DNA from: Obrimoposthia wandeli
Taxonomy: Eukaryota
Assembly: GCA_977020255.1 (NCBI GenBank)
Contig: CDROCS010006538.1
Location: 1-64,000 of the forward strand
Length of the DNA stretch: 64,000 nucleotides
Direction of reading: 5' to 3'
Shown: positions 13,966-26,559 of the stretch, one piece after another
Position numbering within the stretch: the first letter of the stretch is position 1
Layout: every line of letters starts with the position of its first letter
The notes under the pieces: model-generated
Told to the model about the DNA's origin: nothing
The model's input: only the letters and a program-made list of their open reading frames with translations
Databases searched by the model: none
Position numbers and translations under genes: made by a program

Positions 13966-14149
13966 ACCCCCACCTGAATACTTTGTTTTTGTTCTGGCCT
14001 CTTAGCGTTCGTGACAAACCCTTTCTAATATATGAGCGTGTGTGCTGGCATCATCTAACAAGGCGTTGACCACCAATTCTTGGTCTCTATGCCGTACTAT
14101 AACCAGTACGGTTCTTAATGCCAAGGGCTGCTTCTTCTGTTGATTCATC

Positions 14150-17100
14150 TTTTTATTTTTATTAATGATTTCATAGTTTTATAAGTTTTTATTTTATAAT
14201 TTGTCTATGTTTTTAATAATATTTTAAAATGAACTCATTTTGAAAAAAATGAGTTCATATCAGGAAGCAACCTGCCTTTGCTTTCCCTAAACCGAGCCCG
14301 CCACGCAGGCAACAAAAAATAGTCTCATATATTGAACACAAAACATTGAAAAAGTTGTCACAGCAAGATCCAAGTCAAATGTTTCCCCAGGATAGGCATC
14401 AAGAAGAGGGATGTCTTGAACGAAATGTAGCCGGAAAACAGGAGAACAGTTTGAGATGAAGCTGTGATTGGACTGGAGACACAGCTGACTGGGCGTACGA
14501 CTGAGAAGTCGGACGTTTGTATCAAGGCAAGTGGCAAAGCATCGTGTGGGCGATGAACAGAGGGAATTGATGGATAGTGGCCGGATTAGGATGAGTGTTC
14601 GGCATACAGGACATCCGTGGTGGACGATGATCAGAAGAGATTGATGGAGAGTGGCCGGATTAGGAGGAGGGTTCGTGAAGCAAGGACATCCAGGTTGATC
14701 CCGGGAAAGGAGTAGGAACAGGGTTGATCTGGTGAACTCGGTCTATGAAGAAAAATAAATGTGACATGAGTAATTAATGTTTGCTTAACATTATATTAGT
14801 AAAATGTTTTAAAATAGAAGCCTTAGGAAAGCCATCCATTTGAGAATTTTTCAGCCTCCTTATCAAAGGAGCCAAAGAGCCCGGAGATAAAAACTCCAAA
14901 AAGGTTTGATAAAGCGGCATGGGGAGAGCGATAATTGTTGACAAGAGTGACATATTTTTGGGTAGCTTCAGTGCGAACAATGTCAAAGTTGAAGCAGCGA
15001 TCAATTGCAACCTTAAACTCAATTATCTGAGGATATGAATTTCAGCGTGGAAGTCGATAGTGGCGGAAGAGAGAGAGTGGTGGAGATACGGTCAATGTAA
15101 AGTTAAAAAGGATTCACCTTCATAAAGGATTTTAACACCTTCTGCCGTGATGAAGGACATTGTTGTGGCGTGCAGTGCGTAGGGGAAGGAAACAAGGGAC
15201 ACCAACCAAGAACGTGGGCAATGCTTTCCGGGAACATCACAGTTAAGTCGGCACATGACTGATTTCCCTTCCCTAAACCAACGGTTAAGTGCATTAGGCA
15301 GGAGGTTGAGGCGTACACGGAGAGTGAAATTAAACGTTTTAGGAGAGAGGAGGTTGCGTGTAGGAAACAGTTGAACTGTAAAAGTGGCCATGAATGGAAG
15401 GCATGCGCCTTGATGGCGTTGTTTAGCCCAGCAAGGTAGTGTTTTTGAATTATGATGCGGAGCCATTGAAAGGCTAATCTTGGAGAGCGCGAGGGTAAGT
15501 CGCAAGGATAGAGGATCCATTTGGAAGAGCAGTAAAGTCAGCATCGATTTTGAGAAAGGGGCTATTTTTCATTAAAGTCAAGGAAAAGCTTCATCTGAAA
15601 ATTAGATTGAAGAAAGCGGAGTGCATGGTGGAAACAGTTAAACCAACATCTGTCGTGAGTGCTGGTTCGTTGTGGGGCACCATTGATCCATTCGGTTATT
15701 AGTGCAAGGGCATCAAGGCGGCGCGAGGTGAGGTCAGAAAGTTCGAGTTTGGAGACGTGACGAATCATAGGGTCATTGCTGTTGAGAATTGCAAAGGTGT
15801 GAGCAACAGATTGAAGATGGAATTCAACCTCAAAGGGAGTGATACCAAGACCACCACTGTTTGTAGGAGTAGTAAAGATTGAGGCTAGTGCAGGTCGGAA
15901 GCTTAAGAATGGATTGTATTATATTACGAATCTTGACATCAAGGCTAAGTGAAGGAGGGGCAGTCACGAGTAAGGATGACGTTGATTGCATTGAGCCGGT
16001 TGACGCGAGTGCGAAGGTTACAAAGAGCAAATGAACACTATGAAGGAAAGTTTTAAAAGCTTCAATTTTTTGCTGTGGGGTGAGACCGGATAAGGATATT
16101 TTGCAGAAATCAGACTCAATTTCAGAGATGATGTCTTCAATACAATGAAATTTCCTGTGACCAATAGGAACACCTAAGTATTTAAAAAGATGGTCAAACT
16201 CAGAGATATGGGGAATGGGTTTGCTGTAAATTTTGATGGGAACAACGGAGTCATGTTGAGTGCAAGTGGGGCAAGCATATTTGTACAGTGTAAGTTGTAG
16301 TTTGGTGGTGAAGTTAGAGATGGATAGAGAGTTGTTTGTGCCTGAGTTGGGAATTACTTTTCAGTATCAACAAAGTCATTCATGTTGAGAAATCTTTATG
16401 ATATAGTCATAGAAATTGAAAAACAACCTGGAATTGAAGATGCTTTCTAAGAGCTCAATCAAAAACAAGGAGAAAACATGTATTGAGTGACATCCCTTAC
16501 CTAACACTGAAACTGGGAATGGTGGGGAAAGTTTACCACTTTTGATAGCGCAGCCTTCATACAAGGATGTGATAAGTTTGATGACGTGGTTTGGAACCTT
16601 AAGAGATTTTGAGAGTATCAAAAATGAGCGAGTGTGGAATGGATGGAAAAGCGTCTTTGAGATCAAGAAAAGCAATATGAAGTTCTTTCTTATTCTTATA
16701 AGCAAATTCGCAAATCGAGTTGACCAAGTAACTATGTTCACCACAGCCGTTTGGTGTTAACAGATTTTGGAATTGCGAGAGAAGGTAGTGATAAAGGGGG
16801 TGAAACGGTTTGAAAGAACACATGTGAGAATTTTATATATAGTGTTAAGCTTTGCAATAGGTCGCCAACAATTGACAGTAGTTTGGTCTTTGCCTGGTTT
16901 GGGTATCAGAATTGTTTCAAAAGAGCCAGTCGGATGGAAATGACGCTTTAGAAAGGAATAAATTCAGAAGCTTTGTAGTGATAAGGTATTCAGGTATCCA
17001 GTTTCTTAACATGGGAGTAAGGACAGAGTCGCCACCTGGGGCTCAGTCACTGCGGGTGAGAACTAACAAGACTTCCCGTGGAGAAATGGGCAGACCAATA

Positions 17101-18223
17101 GAAGATAAGTCACAAGGCGTAGGAGACATTTGCAGTGGAGGGGTGGAAATGGATTTGAAGAGGTCGGTGTAATAGCTGATGATGGAGTGAATATCGGGAA
17201 GGGTGCAACATTCGTCATCTTTTAAAATAGAACGAATAGCACGTGCTGGACAATTAAAATAGAGTTTGTTGATTGCAGTGCTAAAATTAAAGTTGGGATC
17301 ATGGACAAGGTCAAATTCCAGACGACCGGAGAGGTGAGAGATAAAAAGGTCGTAACATTGGAGGAAGTCGCAGTTAGGGTTATACAGGCTGGAGTAAATG
17401 GAGTCTAAGTACTTGAATTTTGGAAGGCTAAAATAGGAAGTGGGAAGAACAGAGACGTGAGGAGTTGGTGAATCGGTTTCAGGGATTGGTACTCGAGAGT
17501 TAATAAATTTAGAAAGCTTATGAAAATCATGGATAGCGGTAGAGGTAAGAAGCTGTAAGAAGTCAGTGATTTTGTTAAGAGCAAATGGACAGTCAAGTGG
17601 GAGTGAATTTGCTATTCTAAGGGAGACGTCAACAATTGCCGATTTTTCACAACTGCTAATAAGAGTGATTGAATGATTTGGAAAATGGAACTCTTCGAGG
17701 CGAATTGGTGAAGTTGTGAGATTGGAGAGGCTAAGAAGGAATCCTTTAAGGTGCTTAAAGATTGGACGACCAAGCCGGAAGTACGTGATAGATTTTGATG
17801 AAAGAAACGTAGCTTTTTTAAGTGACCTGTTAAAATAAGCCAGACAGTGAATGTTGTTGACTTCATAAGGCCAGAAAACGTATTCCCAATTAGTATAAAG
17901 GTTCGATGAGATGATGAGAGGGATAAGCGATTCACTAGCAGAGAGGATTTGTGCAGATATGGATGGGTGAATGATGCGACAAGATGGTCTTAAGTTTGCA
18001 GTTACAGCAACTAAAGAGAGGAAGAAAACTTGATCAGTGAGAAGAGAGTTTTCCAAGAAGAGGGTGAGATCGGATTGAGATATGTGGAATGGTGAAAGAG
18101 TGGTGCTAAGATAGAAAAGAGTTTGTGTACTTGTTGCATCGCAATCTAGTCATAGGAGAATGTCCGTATCAGATGAGGAAGAGGTGGATGTATTAACAGC
18201 CGTTGAGAGGTTATCGAGTGTAA
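14150..18223 (-). mobile_element. RLE-type non-LTR retrotransposon (R2/NeSL-like), arm 2, probably 5'-truncated
   Basis: 337-aa ORF 17043-18056 runs into APGGD. RT motifs TPNGCGEHSY and KELHIAFLDLKDAFPSIPH. CRLNC...SIAHVLGWCP knuckle followed by ARHNNVL. 3' stem-loop at 14229-14258 and an A-rich tail. Confidence 0.9.
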
Positions 18224-21200
18224 ACCGAATGAGCAAAACATTGAGGGTCTGAAAAAACTGGGCAATAGATGCATCATTGGCGATCCAATGATGCACTGGT
18301 CGATTAGAAGGTGAAAAATGAGTAAAAACACTAAGACCTATGTTCAGCAGAACTTTCATAAGATGCTCTGAATCTAAGTTAGCAATAATATTTACTGAAG
18401 GTCGATAAATATGTTCTATGATCTTGCGTGCTAATTCAGAATGAATCTGTAGTTGGCTGTTTTGTTTCTTGTTAGATACAATTGAGTTTAAACTTTGAAA
18501 ATATGTTTGTGTGTGGAGAAAGATAGTGGCAACATTTGTGAAGATAAGCCTCTGCATTGTGGGACAAATGCGCATCTTATCCTGCTGATCGTTGACAGAA
18601 TCATTCAGATTGCAGCTCTCACGTAAATTCACCCCAAAAGATGTAGACTGATGGTGTGAAAATTGCGATTCATCGACATGGTCAGAAACACATTTTTCTA
18701 ACATGAAAGAGGGTGGCTGTGGATAAAATAGCCAAGATTTATACACAAATATAGCAGCAAAATGTGATTTGTTCATTTGTATTGGTAAATAAAATGCATG
18801 TTGAAGAAGTTGATTCACGATATTGACATTTTCAGGACTGCCAAATAAAATATTTTGCATCTTCTTCAGCTGCAATAATAAACAACTATTACAATTAATA
18901 AATTTTAAAAATCAGTTTGTAATTAAAAAAAGTATTGTGAAAAAGGAAGGATATAAATTACAAAATTCAAATATATATATAAAAATTAAGTAATGTCATA
19001 AATTATTACAAACTAATCAGTCTTCGTACATATTTCCTAAATATAAATGACATATGCAAATAACTCAGATTTGGTTACCCCAATAATTTATTTCCCGTAA
19101 ATAATGACACACAAAATCGTACAATCCCTACATGCACATAGGTTTAAAAAGAGTAATATATAATAATATATTTGCAGTAGCTCGATCCGAGTAATATGAA
19201 ACTAATCAGAATGGGAAATATAAATGTATTTCACACAATAAGCTAACTTGCCTTTCTGTGATGGGTTTATTACAGGAATTGAAGTACATTTAACACTGTA
19301 CTTTTGATTCTAACACACCTTACGTTTTTTGCAGCACTCATTATACAGAAAAAACTACTAATAAATACAAAATGTATGCGTAATTAATCGATATATCTAA
19401 GTTAGTCATAGCTGACTAACAAGTTGCATAGAAACATTTACAAGCTCATTTACCAAATACGTTTGTCTAATAAGTGTTATTTTTCAACCAATCAGATGCA
19501 AGCTATTGTTGAAATTCCGATCGCATTGTCTGCACTTTGGTGTTAACTATGGTAATTACAAAGTAGGTATCTCAAACACATTTGATAGACTTCTATACTA
19601 TAAATTGTTGAGATAGAAATAAACAATAACGTAGTATTATTCATTCACAGTTGACTAGCTACTGATTGTACTGTTTTTGGAGATACAGTATAATAATTCA
19701 ACAACAAAATTTTTAAAAATCGTATAATTGCAAATAGCATCTAAATTTGTACAATGTAAAGTGAAATCGTATAAGTAACCAGGCATGTGATGATTATTCG
19801 TAGAAGAAAAGGAACAAATATCAATTTTTATCTAAAAATGATTTAATATTTTAAAATTAAAATAAGGCACAAATCCAGATTAAACATAGGGCTATTTCAT
19901 TTATAACTATTGGATATTTTCTAATTATCCAGTATTCTTTTAGAGCTAGAGTATTTTTTTTAAAAATAGGCCATAACTGACGAGATATTGAAATCTTCAA
20001 CGTAATAATTCTGTGAATTTATCAGTTTTTATATACTTTTCTCAGAATTTGTAAGAAACTTTATGGGCTACAATTATCAATATCAAATGAATTAAACTTT
20101 TCTTTTCTTAAATATATATTATTGTTTGTGAAACTGATTAATTCAGATTTTCAATTTATATTTTATTTGGATTCCACTTGCTATTCTCAATGAATAATTT
20201 TTTAAACTAATACTTGTACAGTAAAATAGTTTTAATTCAAATGCAATCATATCATATTTTGTAAAAATTATACTTTGACGAGGAATTTTTGTCATTTTGA
20301 GTTAATCGTAAATTGAAGTTAGAAAATTTGTTGATAAGTTAATAAACTCGTATTTTAAAACAATTTTCAATTTTATTGATAGATATTTCTTCATTCAGAG
20401 ACGTTCACGCATGATAGATAATGCTTTGAAGAATTTATTTGTATTATCTCAAAATGTATACATTTTCAAATACGTGAATATGTTGAAAGAACAGATATGC
20501 TAAATAATAAAATGAAACAATATAAATATGATGTGAGTTTAGTTTACTACTGTTCGAAGATATCTGAACTTTTGAATTAGTATTATCCGATTTAAAATGT
20601 TCCTAATTGTATACACGCAGATTCTACAAGACAAATCACATCCGTGCATTTTTCAAAGTATTGTTAATTTACTCATTTTAATTAATCACTTATTCATTAT
20701 CATATATGGATTTTACAAGGAATGCTTTCAAAGGAAAATAACAGATCTTCATATTCATAAAATACTCTCAGAAACAATGTTAACATAATAACTCCTAAAA
20801 ATTAGTATATATATAAATAAATCGAATTACTAAATATACTGTCTAAATATTACTTTCCTTAGGGTTTCAAAAATTGAAGGATTTAAAATATTTTTAATTA
20901 ATTATGTATAAAAAATTAATATTTAAAAGAAAAAAAATAATGTAGTCACGAAAATATGTATTAACCCTCCAAAATTACTAAAATTGAAATAATCGCCTAG
21001 AAATACTTAATTATTAATAGAATATTAACTTTAAATTTGGGTTGAATTCATTAAAATTTTATATTTAAACAAAACAAAAGTATATAAATAATGAAATAAT
21101 GAAAGGGAGCAAAAATATCGCTAAACAAATTGTTTTAGAATATAACTAAATTTTAAAATATTACAAAAATTCAGGAGCTTTCCTTGTTATTATTAATTAA

Positions 21201-22625
21201 AATTGTTCAAGAAAAATTGTCAGATTTATTTTTATAAAAGTTGGAAAAAACTTTAAGTACAAATATTACCATGTTTATATTGATATCCAGACCCTCTCCA
21301 TCAAACCTTATAAGGTAGCTTTCAATCGTAAATACTTTATTCTGGTTTTGATAGAACCGAGAATTGACAGTTCCTTCCTTAGTATCAGCAGATGATTCTC
21401 TTGAACTGATAAATATATTTAATCGATAAAATAATAAATTGTGCTAATGATATAAAAATTAAAGATATTATTCAATAGTTTAACTTTTAGTACAATTAGA
21501 AGCAGTCGCTTTCACACAGTGAAATATGCTAATTATGTGTAACATAAAGAAACGAGTAAAAGTATCAAAGAAGAAACCATGGAAAAATTGCATTTAGAAC
21601 ATTATTTTATTTAAAAAATTAAGAAATCTACTTTGTATCAAGCTGATAACAGTTGATCGACGATTATAGACTAATTCAGAAAGCCATCGTAAAACTTCGT
21701 CTTGATAAATGGCAATTATACTAACATCTACTGGATATTTTGGTAGTACCAAAGAATAACTTTCTAATTCATTGATCTGGATTATACTTCGGCGTGCATT
21801 GCTTTCCAAGGTATAGTCAGGATCACATCTAAATATAACATAAAATTAGCTACATATATGGATATCTACTTTGGAAATAAAACTGGTAAAAAGAACTCCT
21901 TAAATTTTTCGAAGAGAAATGAATACGACTCATTGTGTTTCATTTCAATATCCTCTATCCAATCAATACGAATACCTTCGGTTATCATATATCGTAACAT
22001 GTAACGCAGTAAAAACTGATTCTCGTCGGAAGGCTGCAAATACAACAAAAAATTATAATTGTTATTTATATTGGACAATATATTTCAGCTACTTTATCCC
22101 ATAAATTTGAGATTTAAAACTCCTTCTTTAGTAAACTATTTTTGAATTACTAGTTCTGAAGTATATATCATAGATTAAATAGAAATAAAAAATAATTTTA
22201 TTAAACTAAACCCTTTTTAATATAATATTATGCAATAAGTATGTATTAGATTTTATATAGCAGGTTTTCTGCTAAATCATAAAGTTTAATAATATTGGAA
22301 ATACGGGGTAACTATTTGATAATTAAAATAAACATTATATGTAAAGCATTAATAATTTTAATGATAAACTTACTTCAATTTCCTTGTCAATATTTTGAGT
22401 CAATACTGGTTTAATTTCCGGTTCACCAATAGTTAACTGATCTTCACTGACAACTGTTAAAGATTTTCTGTCTGAAGTAGTCATTGAATCCTCGTAAATT
22501 TTTCTTTTTATTATAGGTTCAAACACCGGTAGCAATCCTATATAAATATCATAGCAAACTCTGGGAGCATCTTTATTGAGTATTTGAAACCAAATGAAAA
22601 ACAGACGCATCCCTCGAAGACGTAC
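18224..22625 (-). pseudogene. RALGAPA: RalGAP alpha 5' half, duplicate truncated inside an exon
   Basis: Near-identical to 57543-61951. The protein matches up to ...LNVLLIR and then diverges into retrotransposon sequence. Confidence 0.9.
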
Positions 22626-23320
22626 CTGCAAGATAATATTTATTAAAAAAAATAATCTAATATTAATTTTGAATACAATAAAAAAATTGTTGTGACTTAA
22701 TTTCGAATAATAAAATAAAATAAATATTAAGTTAATTAAATAAAAATAAAATTGGATAAATAATGGTAGAAATGATGATGTGTGTGAACATAAAATTAAT
22801 CCCTAAAATAAAAAATGTAAAAAAGAAAACAAGATAATTAGCATTATTATATCGATCAAAATCGATCTGGAAATTAGGATATGGTTTCTAATTTAATCAG
22901 CAGAAAAAAATCGAATCAACAACCACAATTCAATGATTCAAAATTTAACAACCAAAGCCAACAATCAAATTCAACGACAAGCTGCAACGTTCACACCTGT
23001 CTACCAATATATATTATAAATAAAATTATAAAGAAGTTATTTTTTATTCCTCACAACTTTCTTTTACAATATAAATAAAAGTATAATCCAACGATAATTT
23101 TCTTGAAACTAGCATTTTCTGCAGGCCCTGGTAAAATTTGGATGTAAAGCTTCGATTATTACAAGCACGGTTATAACGAGTCTCAATCTAGTCGAAACAA
23201 CGCAGATACAAAATAAGGACAAAATGGTACCACTCTGTCTTAGGGTTCTTACAATACCGACAACAACCAACTTTTCCATGCTTATAAATATTCAGTGGCA
23301 GAAAGGAAGGAGATTAAAAT

Positions 23321-23431
23321 ACGAATCGCAAGTATAGTCATAGAACATACTTGTGCCCAGTAGATTCGCTTTAGACTCTAAAGCGAATTTACTGGGCTCA
23401 AGTATGTTCTATGACTATACTTGCGATTCGT
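23321..23431. repeat. Palindrome with 55 bp arms and a 1 nt centre
   Basis: ...ctttaga-c-tctaaag... with 2 mismatches between arms. A garbled copy is at 62645-62757. Confidence 0.95.
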
Positions 23432-23573
23432 TTTGCGATACCTACTTTGTAATTACCATAGTTAACACCAAAGTGCAGACAAATCGATCGGAATTTCAAC
23501 AATAGCTGGCATCTGATTGGTTGAAAAAATAACACCTATTAGACAAACGTATTTGGTAAATGAGCTTGTAAAT
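23432..23573. repeat. ~140 bp inverted copy of RALGAPA intron segment 19436-19576
   Basis: gatacctactttgtaattacc...gagcttgtaaat matches the reverse complement of 19436-19576 with a few substitutions. Confidence 0.9.
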
Positions 23574-24084
23574 TTTACAAGCTGACAACTCTTTAAAGAG
23601 GATGTTTGAAAGTAAAACACTGGTCGAGTTTTATGCATCTCTGTCCTCAGAAAAATTTCAAACTCTGAAGAAATTTGCAAGAAAGATGTTTGTGTTGTTT
23701 GCATCAACTTACATTTGTGAACAGACTTTCTCTATAATGAAAGTTAACAAGTCAAAGAACAGATCTCTTCTCACCGATTCAAATCTTCAGTCAGTGTTAA
23801 GGATCAGCACAACCAAATTGACACTTGATTTTAACAAACTGGTAAAAGACTGCAGTCAGATGCATCATTCTCATTGACATTGTTCTGTTACTTATTGAGT
23901 TACTTTGTTTTTCAAATAAATGTGCTTCATGTGAAGTTTCTACTTTAAAATATTAATAATAAAAAAATTATATTTTTTTCTTTAAAAACCTTTTTATTTC
24001 ATTTTAACTAAATATACTATGTGGCCCTTTAAATTTTGAAATTTCTGAATGTGGCCCTTGAACTGAAAAGTTTGCCCACCCCTG
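23574..24084 (+). mobile_element. hAT (Buster/Charlie-type) transposon, 3' end
   Basis: hAT dimerisation domain FASTYICEQTFSIMKVNKSKNRSLLTDSNL, right TIR ...aagtttgcccacccctg, then the 8-mer ctttagac with central TA. Confidence 0.9.
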
Positions 24085-25801
24085 CTTTAGACTATGAGTT
24101 TCAGAAACTGTGGATACAATACCTGATCGAGTAGATGCCCTAACTGCCGACAATTTGGAGGATTGAAAAGTGGAAATATGTATTTTTAAAAAAACGTTCA
24201 ATATGTTTATAGATTTTTAATTTTCGAAATGTACAAAGAATTTTTACTTATTTTAATATATAATTAAATGTTGCATTAAAATATCTAACCAGCAATATTT
24301 TCAAAACTCGCCAAGTTTAATCTATCACTCTTGTATAAATACATTAAAAATACATAGTATGTTAATCTTTTAACACGTGAAATCCTTTAACTGGTCAAGA
24401 AACATATCACAATGAGAGTCACTCCTAAACCCGTTAACGTAATTTTAAATCATATGATATAACAAGTGTGCAAGCAAGTTCTTAAATGATTGGACACAAT
24501 ATTATAAATATAAATAAAATGAATTTAAGACGAAGTAACATTTTAAATTTATAATTAATACAAAATTAAACACAATTATAGAAAAGGATATCAGTTAAAA
24601 TAAATTAGATAATATAAAATTATTGTATTACTTAATTTATGAAAATAATAAGTAAAAATTAGTCTATACTTTTAACCCAAATTAGATAGAAATCTGGTAA
24701 ATATTTTGGTGTGGTATAGCGGGTAAATTATACTTTAGTGTATAATCAAGCCAGGTTATTAATGCTACTCTTTTGCTGAGAGTTAATAATTTAATATATA
24801 TAAAAATTGTAAATATGATTAAAATTAATATAATTGAACAAAAAATATATTATACAAATTATGTTAAAATATTGTCAGTTTCTTCTGCCTTACCTGCTTA
24901 TTTATATTTTTTAATAAATGCCGATCACAAATTTTCGCGCATGATCATTGATCTGAACATCTACAGTACATATGCAGACAATATATTCGATTCGAAAAAA
25001 TCACAGCAGCATCCAAAGCAGCATCTGTACTTTTCGCTTAATTTTATCATATGTGATTTTTTCTTTAAACTATAATAATAATTTAATTATAAAGTTAGTA
25101 GCTGTATCACGCCGACTGTATATAATCTAAATCTCAAATAGAAGTTACTATTAAGTTTATTCTTTCAAATATTAAAAGTTATTTCATGTTATTTAATTTT
25201 GTTTTGTTTACTAGACATTCAAAAATTACTTTTAAAAATAATATATTTTGCATATATTTAATTTAATATGTTGTAAGTTATTACTGTAATATTCCATTAC
25301 ATAAAAAGTAATTGATAGTTTACTATCGTTTACAATAAATTGAAAATTTATACATTAGTTGTAAACAAATCAGTACTAATTGATTTAAACTAGATTAACT
25401 TTGTTTAATCTCGAGTATATTATATTCTTTGATTTCAATTAATGTAAATTTAAAATATTATTTTGTATTAATGAATAGTAAATTTGTTTTCTCAATTAAA
25501 AGTTGAATGATTTCTCTTTTTAACATAACAATGATAACACAATATATATAGAGAAAAACGCAAACAACTCATTATTAATAACCAGTTTCAACATATTATA
25601 GTTAAATGTAGTATCAAAAATAAGATTATCTTGAAGTGCACCACCTATTTGAGTACTTGTTATTGCTTCAAGGCCTACAGTTCATACAAAATCATTATAT
25701 AATTTATCAACAATGGCTTTTCATGTGTATAAAGTAAATCATTAAAATCTAAAGATTTATTTAAATACTTATCTAATTCATTATCATCATTTAAAAATGT
25801 A

Positions 25802-26545
25802 ATGAATTCAAAATTAAGAGGAAATATTGGACTATTGGGATGTGACCAACAATCAACTATTTTGAAATCAAAACTATTATCAAAATTATCAAAACTATCA
25901 ACTGGAACATTGAATTTTTTTGATTCATATCTTTTTACAACAACTAGTCTTGAAAGATTGGTTAGTTATCTTCCAAGTTCACCGTATACATCAAGATATT
26001 TTAGTACTGATTTGATATCTAGTAAAGGTGTTTTTCCCGATGAATATATTTACAGTGAATCTAAGTTGTATGAAGATAGTTTGCCTCCAAAATGTGAATT
26101 TACTGATAGTGTTACAGATGATAAATATAATTTAGCTCATACAATGTTGACAAAACTAGGTTGCACTAATATTAAAGAATATAGGCGTCTTGATGTATAC
26201 TTACTTTGTGATGTATTTGAGGCTTTTAGACAGAAAGGATAGATAGATCTGATGATAATCTTGAAGCTCTTAATTTCTTTAGTATTCCCGGTTTTAGTTG
26301 GTGTAGTGTAGTAAAATCATTAAAACATAAAGTAGAATTGATACATGATCTGGAAATGTTTAATCTATTTGAAGCGGGTATTAGAGGAGATATGAGTTTT
26401 GTTAATAAACATTATTGTAAGTCCTATGATAGTACATCACTTCTCTATATAGATGTAAATAACTTATACGGATGGGCTTTAAGTCAACCTTTACCACACA
26501 TGGAATTTAAATGGGTGCATGATAATTTTGATGATATTTTGAATT
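25802..26545 (+). pseudogene. Polinton/Maverick protein-primed DNA polymerase B fragment
   Basis: KGVFPDEY..., DVYLLCDVFEAFR, FSIPGFSW, FEAGIRGDMS, LLYIDVNNLYGWALSQPLP. Contains an internal stop and is truncated. Confidence 0.88.
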
Positions 26546-26559
26546 TAGTTGGAAGTACT

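Larger units (their letters stand above)
18224..24716. repeat. Direct segmental duplicate of 57543-64000 (offset 39319 bp at the junction)
   Basis: Identical or near-identical ORF pairs (20597/59919, 21866/61189, 21919/61242) plus the shared hairpin and hAT relic. The match continues to the window end. Confidence 0.95.

Noticed and set aside
14000-14340. SL RNA, U2 snRNA or rDNA target next to the RLE element
   Set aside because: I could not recognise any such sequence at either junction.
17043-17045. TGA reassignment or alternative genetic code
   Set aside because: In-frame TGAs occur in decayed TEs at positions expecting different residues (S, W, K/R). RALGAPA exons use TGG for Trp and have no internal TGA, so point mutation explains them.
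16542-17172. Plus-strand ORFs over the retrotransposon (also 6084-6293, 6696-6878, 7402-7771 on minus)
   Set aside because: Antisense shadows of the RT coding strand.
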